Shown: positions 38,841-49,732, counted from the stretch's first letter. The stretch: 64,000 nt of DNA from an uncultured Gammaproteobacteria bacterium (GCA_964425075.1 CAYRKM010000001.1:523060-587059); one strand, 5' to 3'. Notes: a model not told the origin generated them from the sequence alone. Translations and numbers: made by a program.

Positions 38841-39324
38841 ATGGATTTATTTCAAGAGTTATTGAATCTCCCTCGAAATTATTGATAGTCAAACTATTTT
38901 GTCCATTTATAAAGTTAAGTACTTCACCGCTTCCTCGCGTAAATACCACTTGAGTACTTGGTAAAGTCACATTTGAAAAACTAAAATTTTCAGGCAATTC
39001 AATTTCTGCATTTGCCGGATCATTTGGATTGTAGGAAGATCCTTTGAAAAGGGTATAGCTATTTGTTTCAAAATGTACTCCATATTCTCCAGGGGAAGAA
39101 GTGTTTTGAGCGCTTAAGGACATTGATTTTGTTTGTTGTGATTTTAAATCTGAAACAAGAATTTTATACACACTCTGAACAGTTTTTGTTTGATGAATTT
39201 TTAGTAAATTCATGGAGATTATTCCCAGAAGGGTTGAGGCTATCGCCATTGTAATTACGATTTCCACAAATGTGAAACCACGAGAAGCAAGGGTAATTTC
39301 TTTAAGGGCAGGTAAGTATTTCAT
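38824..39324 (-). CDS. Minor pilin, FimT/GspH-like
   Basis: RG/FTFVEIVITM; YGVHF; VVFTRGSG; INPYGAIE. Confidence 0.82.
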   Translation of the reverse strand: MKYLPALKEITLASRGFTFVEIVITMAIASTLLGIISMNLLKIHQTKTVQSVYKILVSDLKSQQTKSMSLSAQNTSSPGEYGVHFETNSYTLFKGSSYNPNDPANAEIELPENFSFSNVTLPSTQVVFTRGSGEVLNFINGQNSLTINNFEGDSITLEINPYGAIE

Positions 39325-40392
39325 TTAACGCGCTCCGACTTGTCCGATTATGCCGTAGATTGGTGCGATTATTGCAAGCATCATTCCCCCCACCAAAATA
39401 CCAACAACAACTAACATGATAGGTTCTAGCATCTGAGTTACTGTTTTTAACGTTTTTGAGACTTGATAGTCTAAAAATTCTGATGCATCTTGAAGTGAGT
39501 GCTCAAGATTTCCACTTTTTTCGCCAGCTTCAATAATCTTTATCATAAGTGGTGGAAATATTTCTTTTCTATCTTTAAGACCTTGAGAAAAAGTTTTCCC
39601 AGAAGTTATTGTTTCTCTTGCATGAGCTATTGCTTCAGCAATTTTCTTTTGTATCACAATTTCCTCCGCAAGTTCTAGAGCAGAAGTAACTGTGATGCCT
39701 GCGTTAAGAAGAAGATATAGACTATGACTAAGCTGTGTTAGGTCAATTTGTTTTGCCAATGTTGAGAAAGGTGGAATACCAGTTACAAAATGAATAAATT
39801 CCCTCTTACGTGTTTTATATAGATATACAATTCCAGCGGCGAATAACAATACACCTAACCAAAATGGTAAAGCATTTTTTAACATAAAATTAGATACACC
39901 AATTAAAATTTGTGTAGGGAGTGGAAGGTCAGCATTAAGTCTTGAGAATACCTCAGAAATTCTTGGTATAACAAACAATAGCATCATTAGAAGAACAGCC
40001 GTAAAAACTATAAATATTAAGATTGGGTAAATTAATGCAGAACGGATTCTATCCCTGAATTCAATTGATTTTTTAATATTTTCTTTTAAATCAACTAACG
40101 CAACGTCCAGTGTGCCTGCTTCCTCAGACGCTTTAATTATATTTACAGTAACCTTGTCAAATATTCTTGGAAATTTTTCCAACGCTGAATTTAATTGCTT
40201 TCCCTGCGAAACATCGGCCATTATGGATTCCAGCATCTTTTTCTGATTCCCTTTTGAATATTCAAGAAGCGAAGAAATAGTTTCAAGAAGAGGAATGCCA
40301 GCAGAAAACATTGTTGCAAGACTACTTATAAATCCGAGTTTCTCATCATCTGAGATTGAAATATTGGATGAATTTGGATTATGTTTGCTCAT
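39325..40392 (-). CDS. pilC: Type IV pilus/T2SS platform protein PilC/GspF
   Basis: LATMFSAGIPL, ASEEAGTLD, SALIYP, AGEKSGNLE, LEPIM. Confidence 0.92.
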   Translation of the reverse strand: MSKHNPNSSNISISDDEKLGFISSLATMFSAGIPLLETISSLLEYSKGNQKKMLESIMADVSQGKQLNSALEKFPRIFDKVTVNIIKASEEAGTLDVALVDLKENIKKSIEFRDRIRSALIYPILIFIVFTAVLLMMLLFVIPRISEVFSRLNADLPLPTQILIGVSNFMLKNALPFWLGVLLFAAGIVYLYKTRKREFIHFVTGIPPFSTLAKQIDLTQLSHSLYLLLNAGITVTSALELAEEIVIQKKIAEAIAHARETITSGKTFSQGLKDRKEIFPPLMIKIIEAGEKSGNLEHSLQDASEFLDYQVSKTLKTVTQMLEPIMLVVVGILVGGMMLAIIAPIYGIIGQVGAR

Positions 40393-42089
40393 TAGATTTC
40401 AACTTTCGTAACACGAAGAACCTCTTCGATAGTCGTCATTCCGTTTTTAGCTTTTTCAAGTCCATCATCAAGCATTGTTGTCATTCCCTCACTGATGGCT
40501 GCCTGTGCGATAACATCAGAGTCATTCTTCTTCGTAATAAGGTCTCTTATGGTTTTTGTAACCTCAAGAACTTCAAAAATACCAACTCTTCCGGTGTAAC
40601 CAGTTGCATGGCAGATTTTGCATCCATTTCCCTTAAAAGTATTTATCTCAGTAACATTTCCAAAATGTTTTTGAAGCATAGCGGTTGGAAGGTTTTTGCT
40701 CAAATCGCTCATTAGAAACTTTAGGGGTACTTTGCATGAATCACAAATCCTTCTTACAAGTCTTTGTGCAACTATTACATTAACTGTTGAGGCAACAAGG
40801 AATGGTTCAATTTCCATATCAATAAAACGAGGAAGTGCTGTAGCTGCATCATTTGTGTGAAGGGTTGAGAGAACTAAATGACCAGTAAGCGCAGCATTAA
40901 CTGCAATTTCTGCGGTTTCTGTATCTCTAATTTCTCCAACGAAGACAATATTTGGATCTTGTCTTAGAATAGAACGAAGACCACTCGCAAAGGTTAATTT
41001 TGTTTTTACATTTACCTGAATTTGGTTCACGCCCTTAATTCGATACTCAACTGGATCTTCGATTGTTGTAATGTTTTTCTCTCTGGTGTTAAGAATTTTC
41101 AAAATGGCATAAATTGACGTGGTTTTTCCAGAACCTGTAGGACCCGTTGAAAGTATCATTCCATAACTTTTATTAAAAGCGGTTGTTACTTTTTTCAGAT
41201 CAACTTCATTCATCCCAAGGTCAAGAAGCGAAAACTTTCTAAAATGGGAAGCGAGAAGTCTTAGGACTGCCTTTTCTCCTTCAACAATGGGGACGATAGA
41301 CACACGAATATCAAGATCTTCTTCTTCATATTTCATTCTCATCTTTCCGTCTTGTGGTGCATAATGCTCGTCAGTTCTAAGACTTGAAAGCACTTTTATT
41401 CTATTGATGACTTCAGAATGATAATGTTTGGGTAAAAATAAAATATCATGAAGAATTCCATCAAGCCTAAATCTTACAAGAGAGCGGTTTTCCTCAGGCT
41501 CTATGTGAACATCCGAAGCTTTATCGTGGTATGCATATTCAATAATTGCGTCAACTATTTTTGCAACCGGGGTTTCTTTAAGAAATTTATTTGTTTTAAC
41601 CTCACCTGTTTCATTTACTAGTCCGCTTAATGCAGTTTGTGGATCTTTTTTGTAAACCTGAAGTGCGTTATCAATATCTCTTTCAGTTGCGTAATATTTA
41701 TAAATTTTCTCTCCTGTTTTTTTGGAGATGAATTCGGGAATATCCGTTATGTTAGGATCAGACATCGCAAGCTTTACCCCATCCTGATCCCTCGCAAAAG
41801 CGATAATTTTGTGTGTCCTTGCTACTTTTTCAGGCACTAGTCGGAATACTGTTTCGGGAATATTAATCTTTGAAAGCGCAATAAATGGAAATTTATAATA
41901 GTCAGCAAGCAAAACTCCAATCACCTCATCAGACACTAAATTCTTCTCTATAACAGAATCAAGAAGTGTCGAGTCGGAATTTTTTGCATAAACTTCAACA
42001 GAAGCCAAGTCTTGCTGAGAAATTACATTGGCAGACAAAAGAATTTTTTTAAGATCGCTGTCTGGAATAGTCATTACTTCATCATACAC
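40392..42089 (-). CDS. pilB: Type IV pilus assembly ATPase PilB/GspE
   Basis: ASDVHIEP, GPTGSGKTT, TIEDPVEY, LRQDPNIVFVGEIRD, LTGHLVLSTLHTN, Cys4 site; start could be 42074. Confidence 0.94.
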   Translation of the reverse strand: MYDEVMTIPDSDLKKILLSANVISQQDLASVEVYAKNSDSTLLDSVIEKNLVSDEVIGVLLADYYKFPFIALSKINIPETVFRLVPEKVARTHKIIAFARDQDGVKLAMSDPNITDIPEFISKKTGEKIYKYYATERDIDNALQVYKKDPQTALSGLVNETGEVKTNKFLKETPVAKIVDAIIEYAYHDKASDVHIEPEENRSLVRFRLDGILHDILFLPKHYHSEVINRIKVLSSLRTDEHYAPQDGKMRMKYEEEDLDIRVSIVPIVEGEKAVLRLLASHFRKFSLLDLGMNEVDLKKVTTAFNKSYGMILSTGPTGSGKTTSIYAILKILNTREKNITTIEDPVEYRIKGVNQIQVNVKTKLTFASGLRSILRQDPNIVFVGEIRDTETAEIAVNAALTGHLVLSTLHTNDAATALPRFIDMEIEPFLVASTVNVIVAQRLVRRICDSCKVPLKFLMSDLSKNLPTAMLQKHFGNVTEINTFKGNGCKICHATGYTGRVGIFEVLEVTKTIRDLITKKNDSDVIAQAAISEGMTTMLDDGLEKAKNGMTTIEEVLRVTKVEI

Positions 42090-42159
42090 TTTTTATAAAA
42101 AACCATTCAAGCTTGCAGCACAAATTGTGGAAGGTTCGGTTCGTTGGTATAATATGCCT

Positions 42160-43395
42160 ATGATTGATCTAAACTATCTTCGAGAAAATCCTGACAAAGT
42201 AAGAGAAGGAGCACTGAGTAAGGGGGTTCAAGTAGATACAACTACTATTCTTGAACTTGATACTCATTTCCGACAACTTACAACGGAGGTTCAGAGCCTA
42301 CAAGCACAGAGAAATGTTGCTGCAAAGGAACGTGACGTTGAAAAAGGAAAAGAGATAAAGGCAAAGCTTGATGGCTTAGAGGATGAATTAGCCCAAGTCC
42401 AAGACAGCCTGCAAGAGCTTCTTCTTCAAATTCCAGCAATTCCAAAGAAGGACGTTAAAATAGGTAAAAATGAGAGTGAAAATGAAGTAGTCAGAACTGA
42501 GGGAAAAATTCCTGAATTTGCATTTAAAGCAAAGGATCATTTAGAGCTTGGTCAACTTTTGGATATTATAGATGTTGATAGAGCAGCAAAGGTAAGTGGA
42601 GCTCGTTTTGCATATCTTAAAAATGAAGGAGCAATGCTTGAATTTGCCCTTATTCAATATGCTTTTCATAAATTAATTGAAAAAGGATTTACCCCGATTA
42701 TTCCACCCTCAATAATAAATAAAGACATTATGCGCGCAATGGGTTATATGGAAAAGGGTGGGGATGAGGACATGTTTCAATTAACTGACGACGGAAAAAT
42801 TCTTGTCGGTACAGCTGAACAAAGCATAGTTCCCATGCATAAGGACGAAGTGCTTGATAGTAAAAGATTTCCTTTAAGATATGTAGGGTTTTCTTCCTCT
42901 TTTAGACGTGAGGCTGGAAGCTACGGAAAAGACACCCGAGGAATCCTTCGAGTTCATCAATTTGATAAGGTAGAAATGGTTTCTTTTGTTGCAAAAGACG
43001 CTGATGATGAGGAGCATTCATACCTTCTTTCTGTGGAGGAAGAATTATTTAACGACCTAATGATTCCCTACCAAGTTATAAGAATGTGTACTGGGGATTT
43101 GGGTTTTCCAGTTTCAAGAAAATTTGATATAGAAGCTTGGATTCCAACTCAAGGAAAATATCGTGAAGTTACATCAACTTCAACAACCACAGACTTTCAA
43201 GCTAGGAGACTAAATATTAAATATAGAGACGGAGATGAAAAGGACTATGCAAATATTCTAAACGGAACGGCTTTTGCGATTGGACGCACAATTGTTGCAA
43301 TTATTGAAAATAATCAGCAAGAAGATGGAAGTGTCATAGTTCCTGAGGTGTTAAGAAAATATACTGGTTTTGACAAGATAACCCCAAAGAGTTAA
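42160..43395 (+). CDS. serS: Serine--tRNA ligase (start MIDLNYL at 42160)
   Basis: AKVSGARF, GTAEQS, FRREAGSYGKDTRGILRVHQFDKVE, TDFQARRL, LNGTAFAIGR. Confidence 0.97.
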   Translation: MIDLNYLRENPDKVREGALSKGVQVDTTTILELDTHFRQLTTEVQSLQAQRNVAAKERDVEKGKEIKAKLDGLEDELAQVQDSLQELLLQIPAIPKKDVKIGKNESENEVVRTEGKIPEFAFKAKDHLELGQLLDIIDVDRAAKVSGARFAYLKNEGAMLEFALIQYAFHKLIEKGFTPIIPPSIINKDIMRAMGYMEKGGDEDMFQLTDDGKILVGTAEQSIVPMHKDEVLDSKRFPLRYVGFSSSFRREAGSYGKDTRGILRVHQFDKVEMVSFVAKDADDEEHSYLLSVEEELFNDLMIPYQVIRMCTGDLGFPVSRKFDIEAWIPTQGKYREVTSTSTTTDFQARRLNIKYRDGDEKDYANILNGTAFAIGRTIVAIIENNQQEDGSVIVPEVLRKYTGFDKITPKS

Positions 43396-43480
43396 TATTC
43401 TTCTTTGTCAGATTAATAGATTAAGTGACAAATTTATGTTAAAATAATACGCTAAAGTTAAGTTCAATTCATTTATTCCC

Positions 43481-46192
43481 ATGCTTAATTTCATCACCAA
43501 AATATTTGACTCAAACGACAAAGAAGTTCAACGATTAGCTCCATTAGTTGAAGAAATAAATCTTCTTGAGGCAAAATTTCAAAAACTCAAAGACGCAGAT
43601 TTTCCTAAAAAAACCCAAGAGCTTAAAGATAGAGCAAAATCGGGCCAAAATATTTATCTTCTTCTTCCTGAAGCATTTGCATTGGTAAGAGAGGCTGCTA
43701 AAAGAACAATTGGACAGCGGCATTATGATGTGCAGTTGATATCAGGAATTGCACTTGCACAAGGGAAAGTCTCAGAGCAGAAAACAGGTGAGGGAAAAAC
43801 TTTATCCGCAACTCCTGCTTTGTATTTACATGCGCTTACTGGAAAATCTGTGCATCTAGTAACTGTAAATGATTATCTTGCACGAAGGGACGCTGGATGG
43901 ATGGGAGATGTATTTTCTTTCCTGGGCTTAAGTACTGCAGTAATTATTAATGATGCTTCCTATATATATGACAAAGAACATAACGAGCCAAATGTTGTTG
44001 ATTACCGATTGGTTCATCTCAAGCCAGTTTCTCGAAAAGAAGCATATCAGGCAGATATTTTATATGGTATTAATTCTGAATTTGGGTTTGATTATCTTCG
44101 TGACAATATGGCTCGCTCCAAAGAGGAGTTAGTACAGAGAGAGCATTATTATGCAATTATTGATGAGGTAGATTCTGTACTTATTGATGAAGCCCGCACG
44201 CCTCATATTATCTCAGCACCTGATGCAACCCCTTCTACAAAATATTATGAATACGCTGGTCTTATCGAGAAGCTTACTGCAATTGACTACAAAATTGATG
44301 AAAAAAGAAGAATCGCGCATCTTACGGACCACGGGATTGGAAAAATTGAGTCGATGTTTGGAGTAAAGGATATTTATGAAAAAGATTATGATACGGTTTA
44401 TCACATCGAGGCAGCTCTTAAGGCAAAACTTTTATATCAGAAAAATAAAGATTATATAGTACGTGACGGGCAGGTAATTTTGGTTGATGAATTTACGGGT
44501 AGGCTTCTTGAAGGGCGTCGACTTTCAGAAGGTTTACATCAGGCAATTGAAGCAAAGGAAGGGGTTTCAATTCAGCAGGAGTCAAAGACATTAGCAACTG
44601 TTTCTTTACAGAATTATTTTAGAAAATATGAAAAGCTTGCGGGTATGACGGGAACTGCAGCTACTGAGGCAGAAGAGTTTCATAAAATATATAAATTAGA
44701 TGTTATCGATATTCCCCCAAACAAAGAAGTTATAAGAGAGGATGATACCGATCAAATTTATAAAACCCAAAGAGCAAAACTAACTGCAACAGTCAACGAA
44801 ATTGAGGAGGCTTATAAAAAAGGTCAACCGGTTTTGGTTGGTACCACATCAATTGAGCACAATGAATTGGTTTCAGAATATCTTAAACGCCGAAAGATTC
44901 CTCACGAAGTTTTAAATGCTAAAAACCATATGCGCGAAGCTTTAATTATTAAAGATGCGGGTAAGCTTGGGGCTGTGACTGTTGCAACCAATATGGCCGG
45001 ACGTGGAGTTGATATTATTCTAGGAGGTCAACCACCCTCTGAATTTGAAACACAATATCAGGGAAAAGCAGGCCAGAAACAATTTGGAAAAGAGATGGTT
45101 GCTTGGCAAAAAGAGCATGATGAGGTAGTAAAGCGCGGCGGATTATTGGTAATAGGCACTGAAAAGCACGAGTCGCGAAGAATTGATAACCAGCTCAGAG
45201 GTCGTTCTGGGAGACAGGGAGATCCTGGAAGGTCTGTTTTTATTATTTCTCTAGAGGATGATTTGATGAGAATTTTTGGAGGAGATCAGATTGCAGGTCT
45301 CATGACTCGATTTAATTTTCCTGAGGATCAGCCTTTGACACATGGATTGGTAACGCGAGTTATAACCCAAGCTCAAGTAAAGGTTGAGGGATTTAATTTT
45401 GAAGGGAGAAAATATACGGTTGAATATGACGACGTTTTAAATAGACAAAGAGAAGTAGTTTATGGAATGAGACGAGAGCTTTTGTTAAGTGATGAGGACC
45501 ACGAAAGTTTTGTGTTGGAGAGAGTTGATAGAGCAGTTGACGCTATAGTTGACTCAAGTTTTGATTTTGCCGAGATTGAGGAGCCCGATAAAAATATCAT
45601 TCAAGAATTTGTAAATATTGTTCCATTCGATGAGCATTCACAGAAACATTTGATAGAGCAACTCACAAATTTAAGCGAGAGAGCCGAAAAGAAAGAATTT
45701 TTGAGAAAGATCGCACATGATTTATTTGAAAAAAGGAAAAAAGAGTTTGGTATGGAAGTAATGAACCAGTTGATAAAAGCAGTTGGGCTTCAGGTAATTG
45801 ATAATTTATGGATGGACCATTTGACTGCTATGGAGGATTTACGAATTGGTATGAGGCTTCAGGCATTCTCGCAAAAAGATCCACTTGTTGAATATAAGAA
45901 CCAGGCTTTCTCTTTGTTTGAAAAATTATTAAGCGCAGTAGATGATGGTGTTGTAACTAGAATTTATAAAGTACAAATGGTTACCCAAGCTCCTCCAATC
46001 GATGAGGGCGCAAATGTCACAACCAATCAACCCGAATCAGAAGTTGGAGAAGTAAAAAAAACTGTTAAGAAGTCAAAAAATACCTCTGGTGTTTCAAGCG
46101 GTGAGGAAAAGAAAAAGCTGGGTCGTAATGACCCCTGCTGGTGTGGGAGTGGAAAAAAATGGAAAAAATGTCATTGGCCAAATACTGCTTAA
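43481..46192 (+). CDS. secA: Preprotein translocase subunit SecA
   Basis: KTGEGKT, TVNDYLA, IIDEVDS, ATNMAGRG, SRRIDNQLRGRSGRQGDPG, SEC-C GRNDPCWCGSGKKWKKCH. Confidence 0.98.
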   Translation: MLNFITKIFDSNDKEVQRLAPLVEEINLLEAKFQKLKDADFPKKTQELKDRAKSGQNIYLLLPEAFALVREAAKRTIGQRHYDVQLISGIALAQGKVSEQKTGEGKTLSATPALYLHALTGKSVHLVTVNDYLARRDAGWMGDVFSFLGLSTAVIINDASYIYDKEHNEPNVVDYRLVHLKPVSRKEAYQADILYGINSEFGFDYLRDNMARSKEELVQREHYYAIIDEVDSVLIDEARTPHIISAPDATPSTKYYEYAGLIEKLTAIDYKIDEKRRIAHLTDHGIGKIESMFGVKDIYEKDYDTVYHIEAALKAKLLYQKNKDYIVRDGQVILVDEFTGRLLEGRRLSEGLHQAIEAKEGVSIQQESKTLATVSLQNYFRKYEKLAGMTGTAATEAEEFHKIYKLDVIDIPPNKEVIREDDTDQIYKTQRAKLTATVNEIEEAYKKGQPVLVGTTSIEHNELVSEYLKRRKIPHEVLNAKNHMREALIIKDAGKLGAVTVATNMAGRGVDIILGGQPPSEFETQYQGKAGQKQFGKEMVAWQKEHDEVVKRGGLLVIGTEKHESRRIDNQLRGRSGRQGDPGRSVFIISLEDDLMRIFGGDQIAGLMTRFNFPEDQPLTHGLVTRVITQAQVKVEGFNFEGRKYTVEYDDVLNRQREVVYGMRRELLLSDEDHESFVLERVDRAVDAIVDSSFDFAEIEEPDKNIIQEFVNIVPFDEHSQKHLIEQLTNLSERAEKKEFLRKIAHDLFEKRKKEFGMEVMNQLIKAVGLQVIDNLWMDHLTAMEDLRIGMRLQAFSQKDPLVEYKNQAFSLFEKLLSAVDDGVVTRIYKVQMVTQAPPIDEGANVTTNQPESEVGEVKKTVKKSKNTSGVSSGEEKKKLGRNDPCWCGSGKKWKKCHWPNTA

Positions 46193-47279
46193 ATATTTGA
46201 AACTAGTTTTCTTTGAATGGACTTGTTTCAAATGGGGTAAAATCAACGGCGCCTTGGACATTATCTGAAGGATCTAGATCGCCCCACCAGTTATTTTCAG
46301 CATTTACAACAGACGGCCACCCGTTGGACACTTTTATAGGAGTATCGCTGTTGAAATTATTTTCGTTAATTATACTTGTGCCGTTCGGGGCTATAAGTGC
46401 AATTTGTGTACCCGTCGTGTTAAAGACATTTCTCTGAATTAAACCATCAGGTAAGCCAGCGTCAAGAGTGATTCCCGTATCTGAACGTTCATTTGGGCTG
46501 ACTGTACCCATAAATGTATTGTAAAGAAAGTCAACCTTTCCAGAAGACCCTCCTGACTCTCGAACAACATGGGGAGAGTTAGTTCCTTCGAGTACATTAT
46601 TTTGTACTAATGTGTTTTGAGACCCATCTAATTGCAACGCCATCCCTCCTTTTCCGGCTCTTATCCAGTTGTATTGTATAGTTGCGTCGTATGTAGATTC
46701 ATTAACATCTATTTGTACTGTGCTTTCTCCTATCCCATTAACAAAAAATCCTTCAAATACCACATTTTTAGCTGTGATGTATACGGTACCAGGCCAAGCT
46801 GAAGTCTGCCCATTAATAATTGTTTTCTTAGCACCTTTTCCGGAAAGACGAATTGATTTATTTATCAAGACATCTTCATTATAAGTTCCTTTATTGACAC
46901 AAATTGTATCTCCATTACTTGCAGAATTTATAGCTTCTTGAATTGTAGAGTATTGCTTTGGCACATTAATATCACAATTAGGTCTTCTAGGGGGCTCATA
47001 TTCTCTCAGTTTTGCGCCAATTATCATCCGTTTGGCAGCAAACACTGGTAATGGTAAGGTAGAGAATAAAAATAAAAACAGGAGCAATGTACTTATGAGG
47101 GATTTAATTTTCATTAATTGTTTATAACATATATTGCAAAAAAGATTAAACTGCAATTTTAATTGTTTCTTTGATAATATCCTTTCTAATTTAAATGGAT
47201 AAGAACAGGGTTGTGTGCTAGCCTATTTGACTAGCAGTTTCCACCAGAGTTGAACGGAGAAAAAATGTCACTGGCCAAA
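46162..47279 (+). repeat. 21-bp direct repeat (1 mismatch) of the secA 3' end at 46162-46182 and 47259-47279, flanking a 1.1-kb insert
   Basis: GAAAAAATGTCATTGGCCAAA vs GAAAAAATGTCACTGGCCAAA; both read KKCHWPN then two codons and TAA. Confidence 0.85.
46203..47114 (-). CDS. Secreted right-handed beta-helix (pectin lyase-like) protein (start MKIKSL at 47114)
   Basis: Signal peptide; VPKQYSTIQEAINSASNGDTICV..GTY.E.V.INKSI.L.G; terminal NAENNWWG...VDFTPF. Confidence 0.85.
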   Translation of the reverse strand: MKIKSLISTLLLFLFLFSTLPLPVFAAKRMIIGAKLREYEPPRRPNCDINVPKQYSTIQEAINSASNGDTICVNKGTYNEDVLINKSIRLSGKGAKKTIINGQTSAWPGTVYITAKNVVFEGFFVNGIGESTVQIDVNESTYDATIQYNWIRAGKGGMALQLDGSQNTLVQNNVLEGTNSPHVVRESGGSSGKVDFLYNTFMGTVSPNERSDTGITLDAGLPDGLIQRNVFNTTGTQIALIAPNGTSIINENNFNSDTPIKVSNGWPSVVNAENNWWGDLDPSDNVQGAVDFTPFETSPFKEN

Positions 47280-47339
47280 CCTCTCTTAAAATTTTTGTCC
47301 GTAGTGTTATTCGGATTTCGTATTTGGTAGTATTAAAGT

Positions 47340-48185
47340 ATGCCTCCAAATCATTTTCAGACTTTAAAGGAAAAACTTCAAGCACGGCACGAAGATATTA
47401 AAGGTAGGCTTGTTGATAAACACAAAGATGCTTTTGACTGGTTATCTTCAAATACCAAGCAACTTGCTGCAGGCACAATGGGAAGTCTTCTTTTGCTTAC
47501 ATCCCAGAATGCACCCCTAATATCCGACGGTAATGACAAAGTTCACACCGAGCAATTCCTGAAGGTTCCGGAGGGGCTGTTTGCTGTTTCAGAACTTGGG
47601 CAGTATCTTCCCGAAACGGTTGGTGTTATTTCCAAAAATCAAGAAGACAGAATTGCAGGGATACTTACGAATTATTATGGTGTTAATGTAAAACCCGATA
47701 TCAATGGATTAAGGCTCAAGCATACATATGGTTATATTGGAGCAGAGCAAAATCTGATGCGATATCCTGGAGACCAGGTTGAAAATATGGCCCCAGGAAG
47801 AGGTGCTTGGGGATATTTTGCGCCTTCAAAAGAAGAATTAACTCAAAAGGATATAGATAGAGAAAGATATTATATTGCCGTCCAAACTTTTCTTGCACCA
47901 GATTACACCACAAGGTTGTCTGAGTATAGAGATTTTTTCAAGTTTCGAAAAATGCTTGTTGTAAATCCCAATACTGGAAAGGCTATGGTTGTTGTTATTG
48001 GGGATGCAGGTCCTGCGGTTTGGACCGGAAAACATTTGGGTGGCTCACCAGAGGTTATGAAATATCTTGAAAGAGTCGACGGAAAGGCAAAAGGTCCCGT
48101 GTTATACTTTTTTATAGATGATCCTGAAGATAAAATTCCTTTAGGGCCCATTGAGCCAAAAGAGAAATTATTAGCAAATAATTAA
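47340..48185 (+). CDS. Conserved hypothetical protein, C-terminus resembles an RlpA-like double-psi beta-barrel
   Basis: MLVVNPNTGKAMVVVIGDAGP..W...LGGSPEV resembles the DPBB pattern; function tentative. Confidence 0.6.
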   Translation: MPPNHFQTLKEKLQARHEDIKGRLVDKHKDAFDWLSSNTKQLAAGTMGSLLLLTSQNAPLISDGNDKVHTEQFLKVPEGLFAVSELGQYLPETVGVISKNQEDRIAGILTNYYGVNVKPDINGLRLKHTYGYIGAEQNLMRYPGDQVENMAPGRGAWGYFAPSKEELTQKDIDRERYYIAVQTFLAPDYTTRLSEYRDFFKFRKMLVVNPNTGKAMVVVIGDAGPAVWTGKHLGGSPEVMKYLERVDGKAKGPVLYFFIDDPEDKIPLGPIEPKEKLLANN

Positions 48186-48213
48186 GTCAAGCTTGTTCAT
48201 TTTAAAACAAAAT

Positions 48214-48540
48214 ATGTCAAAACATTTTTTTAGCCATCTTATCGAAATCGATACTCTACATTTGGAGTTGGATTCGCTAGAAATGGAAGAGAGTGAGAAA
48301 ACTGAAGTAAGGGATTTAATAGAAAAAAATATTTATCACACGGTCCTTGATGCAGTTTTGTCTGAATTAACAGAAGAGGATAAAAAGATATTTTTATCTC
48401 ATCTTGCAGAGGATGATCATGAGAAAACTTGGAAGCTATTAAATAAAAAAGTAGAGAATATCGAGGAAAAAATAAAACAAGCAGCAGAAGATGTAAAAAA
48501 AGAATTACATCAGGATATCAAATCTACAAAAACTTCATAA
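48214..48540 (+). CDS. Hypothetical acidic helical protein
   Basis: ORF downstream of 47340 gene; ATG at 48214 (MSKHFF). Confidence 0.7.
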   Translation: MSKHFFSHLIEIDTLHLELDSLEMEESEKTEVRDLIEKNIYHTVLDAVLSELTEEDKKIFLSHLAEDDHEKTWKLLNKKVENIEEKIKQAAEDVKKELHQDIKSTKTS

Positions 48541-48544
48541 AGCT

Positions 48545-49732
48545 TTAGCGACCAGTAAAAAGAATGGCATTTGGAATATTTCTTCCTGGACCCACTTTAT
48601 AACCCCCACTCCATAAAGCAGTTGAGCCACCACTATCAAGATTGAGAGCATCAGATAATCCAAGAGTTTTTAATACATAAGCAACTTCTGCAACTGTTGC
48701 ATTATGAACAACTCCTATATAAACCTTTCCTCCTCCAGTACCCACAAAACTTCTTGACCCACGGCTTCCTTTTTTAGGATCCCCGTCACCTCCAAAAGCT
48801 ATATTGCCACCTGACAAAAGTAGGGGTTGATTGGCAATTACTCCGTCTACTCCAGTGTCTCGACCCCATCCAGAAGAATTTCCGATAAATCTTGCGTATC
48901 CACTCCCAAAAATTGCAACAGGAACAGAACTGTAGACATTGTTATCGGAATTAAAGTAATGTTTGTTTTTATTCATAAGTAATGTGTCATAGGAATTTGT
49001 TTTGCCAGCGCAAGATGGGTAAGAGGCTGGGCAAAAGTATGAACCATTGATTCCAGCAAAAGCTCCATTTCTTGCAACATAATCACCAAGAGAGAGAACT
49101 GGACAATTATCATGACAATCAGAATCCGAGGCCGTATCAACTATAACTCTTGTTGAGGATAGATCTGAGCTTACAATATCCACCAAAAATTCTCCAACCT
49201 CTGTACTTACTTTTTGTCGACTAAAGCCTTTAGAAGGAGCAGTATTGCTTGCTGTAACATTTGCAGGAATTGCAAAAGTACTTGCTATTTTGGCATTTTC
49301 ATCATCAAGCTGTTTGTTAAGAGTTTTCAAAGTGGAAGATGCGGAAGCATAATTTTTGTCAGCTAAATAGGAAAGCGTTTGGGCAAGAAGTTTATCAAGC
49401 GAATCGGTATTTTTACTTTTTGTTTTAAGTTCAAGAAGGGATTCGTAGGACTTAACAGTTTCGTTATAATTTTTTTGAATATTCTCTATTTCTTCTTGAA
49501 GAGTGTCGTTCCTTTTTACTTGGTCTTCATTTTTAAGTTTATCAAGCTCTACCTGAACGGAAGTTAACTTTTGGGTTAATAGAGTTTCTTTTTTCGATAA
49601 ATCTTTTATTTTAGTAATTTGGTATTGATACAAAATTAAGCCGCTTATTATAAGAAAAGCAATTGTGACACCAAGGGCCGGTAATATAAAGCTTTTAGGG
49701 ATGAATTTAAAATGAAGTTTTGATGGAAGCAT
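48545..49732 (-). CDS. Phosphodiester glycosidase (NAGPA-like) family protein with TM and coiled coil
   Basis: AGINGSYF, RSFVG, ALNLDSGGSTAL, RNIPNAI. Confidence 0.85.
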   Translation of the reverse strand: MLPSKLHFKFIPKSFILPALGVTIAFLIISGLILYQYQITKIKDLSKKETLLTQKLTSVQVELDKLKNEDQVKRNDTLQEEIENIQKNYNETVKSYESLLELKTKSKNTDSLDKLLAQTLSYLADKNYASASSTLKTLNKQLDDENAKIASTFAIPANVTASNTAPSKGFSRQKVSTEVGEFLVDIVSSDLSSTRVIVDTASDSDCHDNCPVLSLGDYVARNGAFAGINGSYFCPASYPSCAGKTNSYDTLLMNKNKHYFNSDNNVYSSVPVAIFGSGYARFIGNSSGWGRDTGVDGVIANQPLLLSGGNIAFGGDGDPKKGSRGSRSFVGTGGGKVYIGVVHNATVAEVAYVLKTLGLSDALNLDSGGSTALWSGGYKVGPGRNIPNAILFTGR

